IMG/VR virus record: IMGVR_UViG_3300024262_000031
Span: 1-61,276 of that record
DNA: 61,276 nt
Direction: 5' to 3' (one strand)
DNA from: a virus
Taxonomy: Duplodnaviria; Caudoviricetes
The notes below the pieces were generated by a model. The model was not told the DNA's origin and searched no databases. It saw only the letters and a list, made by a program, of their open reading frames with translations. The position numbers and the translations under genes are program-made. Of the stretch, positions 27,790 through 36,379 are shown in pieces. The first letter of the stretch is position 1, and each line of letters opens with the position of its first letter.

Positions 27790-30700
27790 TACATGTATGT
27801 GATTTCGTCATCAGTCAGAATATGCTTCCAGAAATGCACGGCGTCAACAACGCCACCCAGAGGCTTTTTAAGTTCAGCATCGCCACTGATTGTGAAATCG
27901 GCAGCACCCGTATGGATGCCCTTGGTATAAGCTAATGTGGCGAAGGTTCCATTATTTACACTGACACCAAGTTCTTGGTTTGTATCGTCGTAGTATACAC
28001 AGAAGAAATACCATGTATTAGCCGATAGGGCTACCCCATGAGTTAGTTCTGTTTTCTTGCTACCATCTTTTGAGACATTCCACTTTAGGTGACCATCTTT
28101 TTTAGCCCGTAACAGATACTCACGCTCACTAGACCCTTCGTCCCATTTTCCAAAGAACCGATATTCTTTATCCCAATTGTTTACCTTAATCCAACCAGTA
28201 AACATGAAGTCAATATTTCCAGTTTGAAGAGTCGCATCATTAGCAGCTATCAATTGTTCATTGTTAGCTAACACGAAGTTAGCCGCGTTACTGACCTTAC
28301 CAGTCGTGTAACCCACGGTGTTCCAGTCGATAAGGTCATTGTTACCCCAAGAGTCATACCGTACACCGCTTGTCTCGTCTAGGTGCCAAGCTGAAATCAG
28401 ATTGGCAGCTAAGATGCACACACTATGGTCGACACCAACGGTGCTGCTCGCATTTGCATAAATTATCTTCGTGACACCGACACTATGATTTATCTCAATG
28501 GTGCTGTTAGCCGACCGTTGGAACACAGCCGAGTATTCAGCGTCATGGTCCAAGGTTAAGGTTGAGCTACCATCTCGATTAAAAATAGCCGAGTAGCTCG
28601 CATCCTGAGCCAAAGCTAAAGTGTTGTCGGCAGCACGATTGTACGTACCCTGAAGCCCAACTTCATGGTCGATTCCAATATCAGAGTCAGTATCACGGTC
28701 GCGGAACACTGACAAGGCTACGTCCTGGTCGAGAGCCAAAACACTATTGGCCGACCTATCACGGAACACTGAAAGTGTTAATTCATGGTCAATACCAATG
28801 TCTGAGTCAGGATTCTGGAAGGCAAGACGTTGATGTGCTACACTGTGATCGACACCAATATCACTATCAAGCCCCCGTGTCATGACCTTTTGATTCGAGA
28901 CTGTTTGATCCAGGCTCAGTGCTGAGTCACCGCTTCGAGGTCGTACCATCGAAATACTGACCTCTTGACCCATATCCAAATTACTGTCACCATCACGTCC
29001 GTACACAGGGCCGCCGTCGGCTATCTGTACAAGCTCGATTGAATCTTCTAACGAACGATTGAAGATACTACCGCTTGAAATCACATCCGAAGTTATCGTC
29101 AAGTCGGATTGAGCACCTCGCCCATGCGCGTGCTGCAATACAACATCTTGAGTGACACCAATGTCCGATTGGACCCCACGGTTCCAAACGCTACCAGCCG
29201 CACTTGCGTCGTGCGAGATGCTCAAATCACTTTGAGCACCACGATAGAACGTTCCTTGGTAACTCGCCGTGTGGTCCATAGTTAATGCTGAGCTTGCCCC
29301 AAGCTCTCTAACTACAGATAATCCAACATCTTGACTCAAGGTCAAATCAGATTGCGCCCCTAACTCGCGAATAACTGACAGCCCCACATCTTGAGAGATG
29401 GCGAGGGTATTTGAGGCTGTCCTATTGAGTACTTTCTGTACCTCAGCGTCTTGTGTAATCGTAAGGTCTGATTGGGCACCCTTGTTGAACACATGGACAA
29501 CTGAGGCTTCCTGGTCCATTGACAGGGTGGATTGTGCCGACTGGCTTGAGATGTGCGACACAGTCACACTATCAGCTATACCGATATCTGATGAGGCAGA
29601 CCGCATCGCCACGTGAGAGGCATGGACTGTGTGGTCTAACGCAAGTGTCGAACTAGCTGTACGACTAAACACTGCCGAGTAAGCAGCCTCGTGGTACATC
29701 ATTATTTGACTACTTACGGCCAGTTCCCGGGTTACTGACAACCCGACTATTTGAGTCAGACTCAGAGTCGATTCAGCGTCTCGACTCATGGCCTTTTGGG
29801 CTACAGCATCATCTGTGAGGCTCAGAGTCGACTCAGCGTCTCGACTCATGGCCTTTTGGGCCTCAGCATCGTGGCTAAGACTCAGAGTTGACTCAGCGTC
29901 TCGACTCAGGGCCTTTTGGGCTACAGCATCATCTGTGAGACTTAGAGTCGAGTCAGCGTCTCGATACATGGTCTTTTGGGCTACAGCATCATTTGTAAGG
30001 CTCAGAGTTGACTCAGCGTCTCGACTCATGGTCTTTTGGGCTACAGCATCGTTGCTAAGACTCAGAGTTGACTCTGAGCCTCGATACATGGTCTTTTGTA
30101 CACTAACCTCTTGGTCCAATGTCAGTGTATTGCCAATGCTCTGCCCACGGTAGACTAGGACGCTCGCTGTGTGCCCCAAAGAGAGCGAGTTGCCCGCACC
30201 CCGGTTCAGAATGGCTTGTACGTCTACTTGCTGCGTAAGGGCCAATGTCGAGCCCTCAAGCGTGTTATTATCGGGACCACGATTCCAGATGCTACCAGCC
30301 GCACTCACATCCTGACTCAAGCTCAAGGCTGAATCCGTACTACGTGAACGATGCACAGACAACTGTGCTGTTTGGTCAAGTGTTAAACTGTTACCCTCTA
30401 AGGTACTATTGTCCGGGCCACGATTCCAAATGCTACCCTCAAGGCTAACACTTTGACTGCATGTCAAGTAGCTCATACCGCTACCTTCCATACCGGCTTG
30501 ATAGTTGCATTGATGCCCAAGGTCAATAATTGATTGTGCTGACGCAAATCGAATTCGCTGTACAGTAGCATCGTGGTCCAAAGTTAGATCATTCTGGGCA
30601 TCACGTGGACGAATAACCTGCACCCCAGCGACATGGTCAAGATCAAGCTCAGAGGCCGAACCATCGCTTTGGGCGAGAGTCTTAGCTACATCCTGGTCAA

Positions 30701-32990
30701 GAATAATGTCGGTTTGTGGGCCACGGTTGAAAATACTGCCCGAGCTAATCACATCTTGAGACATAACGAGATCGTTATGTGGATTACGATTCCAAATACT
30801 ACCTTCTTTATTCAGGTCTTGATCTAAGGTAAGTGTGTTGCCTTCTAGGGTTGCATTGTCAGGTCCACGATTCCAAATGCTACCCTCTGTATTGACCATT
30901 TGGTCAATTATTAACTGACTACTTGCGGCCAGTTCACGGATTACTGACAACTCGACTGCTTGAGTCAGGCTGAGAGTGGATTCAGCATCCCGGTACATAA
31001 CTTTTTGTACGCTAACATCTTGATCCAATATCAGAGTATTACCCACACTCTGTCCACGGTAGACCAATACGCTCGCTGTGTGCCCCAGAGAGAGCGTGTT
31101 GCCTGCACCCCGGTTCAGAATGGCTTGTACGTCTACTTGCTGCGTAAGAGCCAATGTCGAGCCCTCAAGCGTGTTATTATCGGGACCACGATTCCAGATG
31201 CTACCAGCCGGGCTGGCATCCTGACTCAAGCTCAAGGCTGAATCAGCCCCCCGTGAACGATACACAGACAACTGTGCTGTTTGGTCCAGTGTTAGGCTAT
31301 TACCCTCTAAAGTATTATTGTCAGGACCGCGATTCCAAATGCTACCCTCAAGGCTAACACTTTGACTGCATACCAGGTAGCTCATACCGCTACCATCCGT
31401 ACCGACTTGATAGTTGCATTGATGCCCGAGGTTAAGGTCAGATTGAGCCATTGCATACCGTACTCGCTGCACGCTAGCATCATGGTCCAAGCTGAGGACA
31501 TTCTGGGCACTACGTGGCCGAATAACCTGCACCCCAGCGGCATGGTCAAGATCAAGTTCGGAACCAGACCCGTCGCTTTGGGCGAGAGTCTTAGCTACGT
31601 CTTGGTCCATAGCAATGTCGGATTGTGGGCCACGGTTAAAAATACTGCCAGAACTAATCACATCTTGAGACATGACTAAATCGTCGCTAGGCCCTCGGTT
31701 CCAAATGCTACCTTCAGGGCTAGCCGTCTGGTCTAATGTGAGTGTGTTACCCTCAAACGTGGCATTATCAGGGTTGCGATACCAAATACTACCGTCTTTA
31801 CGTACCTCGTGGCCCACAGCAATGGCTGATTCAGCATCTCGATTCCAAATACTTCCTTCCGTACTAACTAACTGATCCATACTCAAGTCGGAATTAGCAC
31901 TTCGATTAAATATTGCTGAATAGCTAACATTCTGGTCCAACCCTAAATCGGATTGGGCAGGTGTTCCAAAAGCTGTCCCTGCCGTACTAACCTCTTGTCC
32001 AAGAATAAGAGTGTTTTCTGCTGATCTGTTATAAATACTTCCTGCTGCACTAGCTGAATGATTCAAGTTAAGTGTATTTTCTGGTGTTCGATTCCAAACG
32101 CCAGATACATCTACCTGATGTTGTAGATTAAGTGTTGATTTAGCACTTCGATTGAAAATACTACCAGCGGCACTCACTGAGTGTTGAATGTTAATGTCGT
32201 TTGTTTCATGGCCGAAGGTTCGATTGATAACTTTTACAATCTCGACACCAACACCCAATGTATTGAATACCAAGTCCGTCGAAATAGCTGAGCGATAAAG
32301 AATCTTTTGAGCGGTAGCTGACTGGTCTAGAATTAAGTCGTTTTGTGCTGCGTAAATTTGAGAGACCCCGAGAGACGCAGACTGGGCCAGACTCAATGTA
32401 TTCTCAGCAGACCGATACATAACCTTTTGAACGGCTACGTCATGGTCTAATGGAATGTTATGTTCGGGATGGTGGGTTGACCATGGAACTACCTCGGCAT
32501 AACTATCTAGGTTACAAAGTATGTTGCTGGCATTTTCATGGAAAATACGTTCGGCATGTTGGCCAACTATAACTCTACCTACAATAATCCAGCCCGCACC
32601 GTGATCCAGTTTTTCGATACTCTTGATTTCAAAGCGTTGGTTATTATAGACAATCCAATCGTCCATATTAAATTCAAAATCATTAGGTAGATGACGGCCC
32701 TCTATAGCAAAGGTCTTAACACCGGAGTCGAATGTGCCACCATACACCATTGTTTTGTTCGCAGAAATCTGTGATATAGATTGTAAGACTTCACGAGCAA
32801 GTTTGGTGGGGGTAACCACTGCCGTCAGTTCATAACTGATTTTATCAATGGTTTTTACACCCGTGGTATAATCAGTTTCAGCGTCTATCAGTTGATATAC
32901 AACTATACTAGCACCGTATTGGTTTCGCAAACCATACAGCACTTGACGGACTAGCCGTACATATCGACGTTGAACAAGATTAAGACTCAT
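27762..32990 (-). CDS. head-closure-like N-domain fused to long beta-repeat shaft and C-terminal LamG domain (neck fibre?)
   Basis: First ~145 aa resemble head-closure proteins (D..TG.K......DD.IVY.N..FEIK); ~20-aa repeats R.A.S.L.L.Q/H; C-terminal AWHLDETSG LamG-like domain. Confidence 0.75.
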   Translation of the reverse strand: MSLNLVQRRYVRLVRQVLYGLRNQYGASIVVYQLIDAETDYTTGVKTIDKISYELTAVVTPTKLAREVLQSISQISANKTMVYGGTFDSGVKTFAIEGRHLPNDFEFNMDDWIVYNNQRFEIKSIEKLDHGAGWIIVGRVIVGQHAERIFHENASNILCNLDSYAEVVPWSTHHPEHNIPLDHDVAVQKVMYRSAENTLSLAQSASLGVSQIYAAQNDLILDQSATAQKILYRSAISTDLVFNTLGVGVEIVKVINRTFGHETNDINIQHSVSAAGSIFNRSAKSTLNLQHQVDVSGVWNRTPENTLNLNHSASAAGSIYNRSAENTLILGQEVSTAGTAFGTPAQSDLGLDQNVSYSAIFNRSANSDLSMDQLVSTEGSIWNRDAESAIAVGHEVRKDGSIWYRNPDNATFEGNTLTLDQTASPEGSIWNRGPSDDLVMSQDVISSGSIFNRGPQSDIAMDQDVAKTLAQSDGSGSELDLDHAAGVQVIRPRSAQNVLSLDHDASVQRVRYAMAQSDLNLGHQCNYQVGTDGSGMSYLVCSQSVSLEGSIWNRGPDNNTLEGNSLTLDQTAQLSVYRSRGADSALSLSQDASPAGSIWNRGPDNNTLEGSTLALTQQVDVQAILNRGAGNTLSLGHTASVLVYRGQSVGNTLILDQDVSVQKVMYRDAESTLSLTQAVELSVIRELAASSQLIIDQMVNTEGSIWNRGPDNATLEGNTLTLDQDLNKEGSIWNRNPHNDLVMSQDVISSGSIFNRGPQTDIILDQDVAKTLAQSDGSASELDLDHVAGVQVIRPRDAQNDLTLDHDATVQRIRFASAQSIIDLGHQCNYQAGMEGSGMSYLTCSQSVSLEGSIWNRGPDNSTLEGNSLTLDQTAQLSVHRSRSTDSALSLSQDVSAAGSIWNRGPDNNTLEGSTLALTQQVDVQAILNRGAGNSLSLGHTASVLVYRGQSIGNTLTLDQEVSVQKTMYRGSESTLSLSNDAVAQKTMSRDAESTLSLTNDAVAQKTMYRDADSTLSLTDDAVAQKALSRDAESTLSLSHDAEAQKAMSRDAESTLSLTDDAVAQKAMSRDAESTLSLTQIVGLSVTRELAVSSQIMMYHEAAYSAVFSRTASSTLALDHTVHASHVAMRSASSDIGIADSVTVSHISSQSAQSTLSMDQEASVVHVFNKGAQSDLTITQDAEVQKVLNRTASNTLAISQDVGLSVIRELGAQSDLTLSQDVGLSVVRELGASSALTMDHTASYQGTFYRGAQSDLSISHDASAAGSVWNRGVQSDIGVTQDVVLQHAHGRGAQSDLTITSDVISSGSIFNRSLEDSIELVQIADGGPVYGRDGDSNLDMGQEVSISMVRPRSGDSALSLDQTVSNQKVMTRGLDSDIGVDHSVAHQRLAFQNPDSDIGIDHELTLSVFRDRSANSVLALDQDVALSVFRDRDTDSDIGIDHEVGLQGTYNRAADNTLALAQDASYSAIFNRDGSSTLTLDHDAEYSAVFQRSANSTIEINHSVGVTKIIYANASSTVGVDHSVCILAANLISAWHLDETSGVRYDSWGNNDLIDWNTVGYTTGKVSNAANFVLANNEQLIAANDATLQTGNIDFMFTGWIKVNNWDKEYRFFGKWDEGSSEREYLLRAKKDGHLKWNVSKDGSKKTELTHGVALSANTWYFFCVYYDDTNQELGVSVNNGTFATLAYTKGIHTGAADFTISGDAELKKPLGGVVDAVHFWKHILTDDEITYMYNSGNGRQV
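29760..30120. repeat. about six copies of a 60-bp tandem repeat (AQKAMSRDAESTLSLTDDAV)
   Basis: Consecutive 60-nt lines align almost exactly (CTCAGAGT.GA.TCAGCGTCTCGA...CTTTTGGGCTACAGCATC). Confidence 0.9.
30100..31790. repeat. internal duplication of about 0.78 kb with a 909-bp offset inside the 1742-aa gene
   Basis: GCCAATGTCGAGCCCTCAAGCGTGTTATTATCGGGACCAC occurs at 30241 and 31150; the protein repeats GSGMSYL.CSQSVSLEGSIWNRGPDN. Confidence 0.85.
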
Positions 32991-33011
32991 TGTGTACCCA
33001 GCTTCTTTTGG

Positions 33012-33323
33012 TTACTTAGATTGTGTGGGTTGTGTAGGACAATCATCAAGCTCAGGACAACGATCACATACTTTAGCCATGACAGCGGCGACCCATTTCA
33101 TACAGTCAGCACTATGGGTTAAAGCAATAGTTGATTTTTCTACTAAATCCGCTAGGGTTTCTTTTTGGTATTCTTCTAATGAAGTAATCCTATCACTGAG
33201 TTTGTCTTCTCGTTTCCAGTCTCGCCAGATGAAGAAGAGAACTACTCCGATCAATGGCCCATACTGTGAGAGCAGACTAGACCAAATTAACGGATCTATT
33301 TGCGACATAAGTAAAGCATCCAT
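33012..33323 (-). CDS. holin-like protein (single N-terminal TM plus coiled coil, BhlA/UviB-like architecture)
   Basis: LLSQYGPLIGVVLFFIWRDWKRE..L; AAGGAA RBS upstream of ATG 33323. Confidence 0.55.
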   Translation of the reverse strand: MDALLMSQIDPLIWSSLLSQYGPLIGVVLFFIWRDWKREDKLSDRITSLEEYQKETLADLVEKSTIALTHSADCMKWVAAVMAKVCDRCPELDDCPTQPTQSK

Positions 33324-33345
33324 GTGGAATTCCTTCCGCGAGATT

Positions 33346-33378
33346 AAAAAAGGTGCCCGGCCCGAAGGCCGGGACACC
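33346..33378 (-). terminator. intrinsic terminator after the major capsid gene
   Basis: GGTGTCCCGGCC-TTCG-GGCCGGGCACC-TTTTTT on the minus strand (cUUCGg loop). Confidence 0.9.
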
Positions 33379-33396
33379 GTAATCATCTAACTTGGA

Positions 33397-34803
33397 TTAA
33401 CCAAGCAGGACCGAGCCGAGGCGCACGTCCAAAGTCTTCACGCCGCACAGAATGTCGAGAGTGACAACAGTACCTTGCGCATACACATCGTATTGCATCG
33501 TAACACGCATGGCCACATCGTTGTACACACCAACCTGCGACCGCACACCGAGAGCACCGGCTGGCAGAGCCAGGGGGCGACTTACGAGAGCGATAGCATC
33601 GCGGTGGAAGCAAAGGTTCATAGAGCCACCCGGACCTGGGAAAACGTCAGAACTGTCAGCGACGGTGTCTTCCAAAGGTCGATCCAGCCAAACCTCTCGG
33701 TCGCCAGCCGCATCGAATGACTCGATAACGGTATAAATCTTACCAGCGATCTTCAAGATTTGACCAACTCGCGGATGCTTGCCAGTAGTAAAGCTGTCAA
33801 GATTGATGCCCTTGGCCCAACCAGCAGCGTAACCGCCACCGAAGTCAATGGCACATTTCTTGTAAACGGTGATGGGATCATTAGCTGATACCGCATACTT
33901 CAGAGGCGCATCCAGAGCGATAAAGTCAGTATCGCTCGCGTTGGCTGCGGCCACTGTCAGCACAGTTGGCTGACCGTCACTTGAGATGACACAGTACTCG
34001 CCGACAAAAGCGACGTAGTCCGGATCAAGATCAACTGCGATGTTAGCACTGTAACCAGCAGCGTAACCTACAGTCGTTTCACCGGGGGCTGTGTCAAGAT
34101 TCACCGGGTCCAGACCAGTAACGTTCTGATCCATCCAGGTGTCGAAACCAAGAACCCGACCCAAAGCCGCTTCACGAAGGGCACGGCCACTGTCGCCACG
34201 CTCGTTGGCCTTCAAGAACATCTCTGTCTTGAGCATAGCCGTCTCAGCAGACGGAGCCAATACGCAGTTACGGTTTTCTGGGAACGCAAGGTTCTCATTC
34301 ATGGTCTCACGAGCCTCAAGCAAGTAATCCTTGGCGTTCAAGGCACTCAGGGCGCTAAGACGACCAACACGGTTGGCCAAGAATTGTGGAACCTGACCCA
34401 AAATGGCACGGTCGATACCGCGAGCGATACCTTGCATACCTGGGAGCAGATAAATGTCCACGAGTTCCTGGAATGACTTACTCGCTTCACCGTCCTTGAT
34501 GGTAAACGAGATATACATGTGCTGATCCAGGGGAACTTGCACATTGGTAGACTGTGCATCTTGTAGCACAATGGCGTCAGCATCAGTCTTACGCTTGGTA
34601 CTGAACGTACCAGGTCGACGAGTGTTCACTACGTCGCCGTAGTTGGCAACCTCGGGCGAAAAGTCACGGTGGACTAGCCCAGCCATTACCATATTTTCTT
34701 CAAGAATGTGCAGACCTTCCATCGCCCACAGTTCCGGGAAAAACGCAGAGTTTTCGTTGTCAAACAACGCAACCTCTGCCTGACAAAGATAAAGACTATT
34801 CAT
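33397..34803 (-). CDS. major capsid protein (P22 coat-like, with an insertion domain)
   Basis: PELWA.E.L..LE...V...LV.RDF.......GD.V....P; FHRDAIALVSRPL; D.L.GVK.L; AGGAG RBS; strong terminator. Confidence 0.9.
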   Translation of the reverse strand: MNSLYLCQAEVALFDNENSAFFPELWAMEGLHILEENMVMAGLVHRDFSPEVANYGDVVNTRRPGTFSTKRKTDADAIVLQDAQSTNVQVPLDQHMYISFTIKDGEASKSFQELVDIYLLPGMQGIARGIDRAILGQVPQFLANRVGRLSALSALNAKDYLLEARETMNENLAFPENRNCVLAPSAETAMLKTEMFLKANERGDSGRALREAALGRVLGFDTWMDQNVTGLDPVNLDTAPGETTVGYAAGYSANIAVDLDPDYVAFVGEYCVISSDGQPTVLTVAAANASDTDFIALDAPLKYAVSANDPITVYKKCAIDFGGGYAAGWAKGINLDSFTTGKHPRVGQILKIAGKIYTVIESFDAAGDREVWLDRPLEDTVADSSDVFPGPGGSMNLCFHRDAIALVSRPLALPAGALGVRSQVGVYNDVAMRVTMQYDVYAQGTVVTLDILCGVKTLDVRLGSVLLG

Positions 34804-34862
34804 CTTAAATCTCCTTTGGAGAAGTTTACAAAAAAAAGTTATGGTTAAAACGAACCCCCACT

Positions 34863-35774
34863 TTAGCGATCAGATCGTAAGCCTAGAAGACCGGGGTTTT
34901 CTTTTCTAAGTTTCATATATTGCTCTGGGGAGAGCTTTTTCACATCAATACGACCTGCGGAACCCGGTGTAACGCCTCCGGTAGCGGAACCCGCACCGAT
35001 GCCACTCACGACATTGGATTTGAAGAGGTTCCCATACTGTTCGGGTATCTCCTTCATCCTCTTTACGGCTTCATCTGGGGTTCGTTGTGTCATGACTGGT
35101 TCTCCCGCTTCATTTACGTCCGGAAAATCCAGCATGGGAATTAAGTGTCCAGTCGGCTGTCCATCTGGCCCCTTAGCTTCAACCATCTTCGTCATGGGAC
35201 GCAGAAGTGCAACGACTTGTAGCGCGTTGAAAGCATCGCCAACGGTGGCAGCGTCAATCAATGCACGGTCAGTAACGGAAGTCTTATACTTGCTCTCCCA
35301 TTCGACCGCAGCGGTCTTGTAGGTCTCAAGCTCGCCTGTCAAGGCAGTTTCCATTTGTTGCTTCTCGTGCGCAAGCTGTTGTTCCTTGGTACGGAATCGC
35401 TTCTGAATATCGGACAATTCGCCCTCTAACCGCTCTCGTTGATCGGTAGACAGTGATTGATTCTCCAGCAACGTTTTGTATTCCGTTTCCAATTCACGAT
35501 ATTTTAGCTCTTGCGTCTTTCGGTCCTTGGCTAATCTCTCTTGAACGATACGGTTCAAGTCTTCCTGTGAAAATACCTTGCCACCTGTACCAGGGCTATT
35601 ACCAGCCGCACCAGCGTGGATTGGGATAGACCCCTTTCCAGCATCACCAGCGTCACCAGCCCCAGCGTCACCAGCACCAGCATCGCCAGCATCGCCAGCA
35701 TCACCGGCATCGCCAGCATCGCCATCGTTTTCGTACAGTCCAAGCCACGCAGTTGTGAGATAAAGATCGAACAT
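34863..35774 (-). CDS. capsid scaffolding protein
   Basis: FSQEDLNRIVQERLAK motif, coiled coil, acidic GDA repeats, C-terminal LSPEQYMKLRK; directly upstream of capsid. Confidence 0.85.
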   Translation of the reverse strand: MFDLYLTTAWLGLYENDGDAGDAGDAGDAGDAGAGDAGAGDAGDAGKGSIPIHAGAAGNSPGTGGKVFSQEDLNRIVQERLAKDRKTQELKYRELETEYKTLLENQSLSTDQRERLEGELSDIQKRFRTKEQQLAHEKQQMETALTGELETYKTAAVEWESKYKTSVTDRALIDAATVGDAFNALQVVALLRPMTKMVEAKGPDGQPTGHLIPMLDFPDVNEAGEPVMTQRTPDEAVKRMKEIPEQYGNLFKSNVVSGIGAGSATGGVTPGSAGRIDVKKLSPEQYMKLRKENPGLLGLRSDR

Positions 35775-35844
35775 TTGGATTTCTCCTAAAAAACCCCGCT
35801 ATTGACACCATGGTCCACCTTCGCGGTAAAAGGTAGTGGTTAAA

Positions 35845-36369
35845 TTATGATACCCTACTGAGCTTAATCTTGTCACCATCCCGTAAGAACGGCTTCAAAT
35901 ATCTCCATGCCGTAGCACTCGGAATACCATGAAGCAAATGTTCAATGGGTTGTTGACTGCGGTTGTAGGTTGTCCGCACAGATGCAACACCTTGGCTAAC
36001 TACTGATAGTTGTTCAAGTTCTGCATCGGGGTCGACTCCATCCAGTAATGCGTGAGCACATTCGTAACAAGCAACCTCGATGGTCACTGGTGCTACTGTG
36101 TCCGCGCCACGCGGGAACTCAAGCGTCTGCTCAGTTTCCGCTTCCCTGATTTCTTCATCCGTGGCATCGGGGTCATCTTCCAACAACTCCCACACGCTAT
36201 GCACATTACCTTTATAGTTCAAAGCGTCAATACACTGAGTTGCACGTAGTAATGCCTTGGGACGATCCGCTGCACTAGACTCAAACCAAGCTTCTTCGTG
36301 AAGTCTATTCTCGAAGTATTCATTTGCTTCGCAAAGCGTACCGTAGTACATATCTTCTGTAATCGCCAT
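35845..36369 (-). CDS. head-tail adaptor (DnaT-like family)
   Basis: Y.TL.EA.EYF...AL.RAT..ID...YKG...Q.LEFPR...A.YE.A...YLKP.L pattern. Confidence 0.8.
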   Translation of the reverse strand: MAITEDMYYGTLCEANEYFENRLHEEAWFESSAADRPKALLRATQCIDALNYKGNVHSVWELLEDDPDATDEEIREAETEQTLEFPRGADTVAPVTIEVACYECAHALLDGVDPDAELEQLSVVSQGVASVRTTYNRSQQPIEHLLHGIPSATAWRYLKPFLRDGDKIKLSRVS

Positions 36370-36379
36370 GCTTTACTCC

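Noticed and set aside
29760-30120. Regular 60-bp repeats as a CRISPR array
   Set aside because: No unique spacers; in-frame coding repeats within a 1742-aa ORF; no cas genes
30100-31790. Long near-identical pair as DGR template/variable repeats
   Set aside because: Both copies lie inside one ORF, differences do not appear adenine-specific, and there is no reverse transcriptase in the window
35640-35725. Collagen domain in the scaffold (GDA repeats)
   Set aside because: Short and interrupted by GA insertions; more consistent with an acidic low-complexity linker
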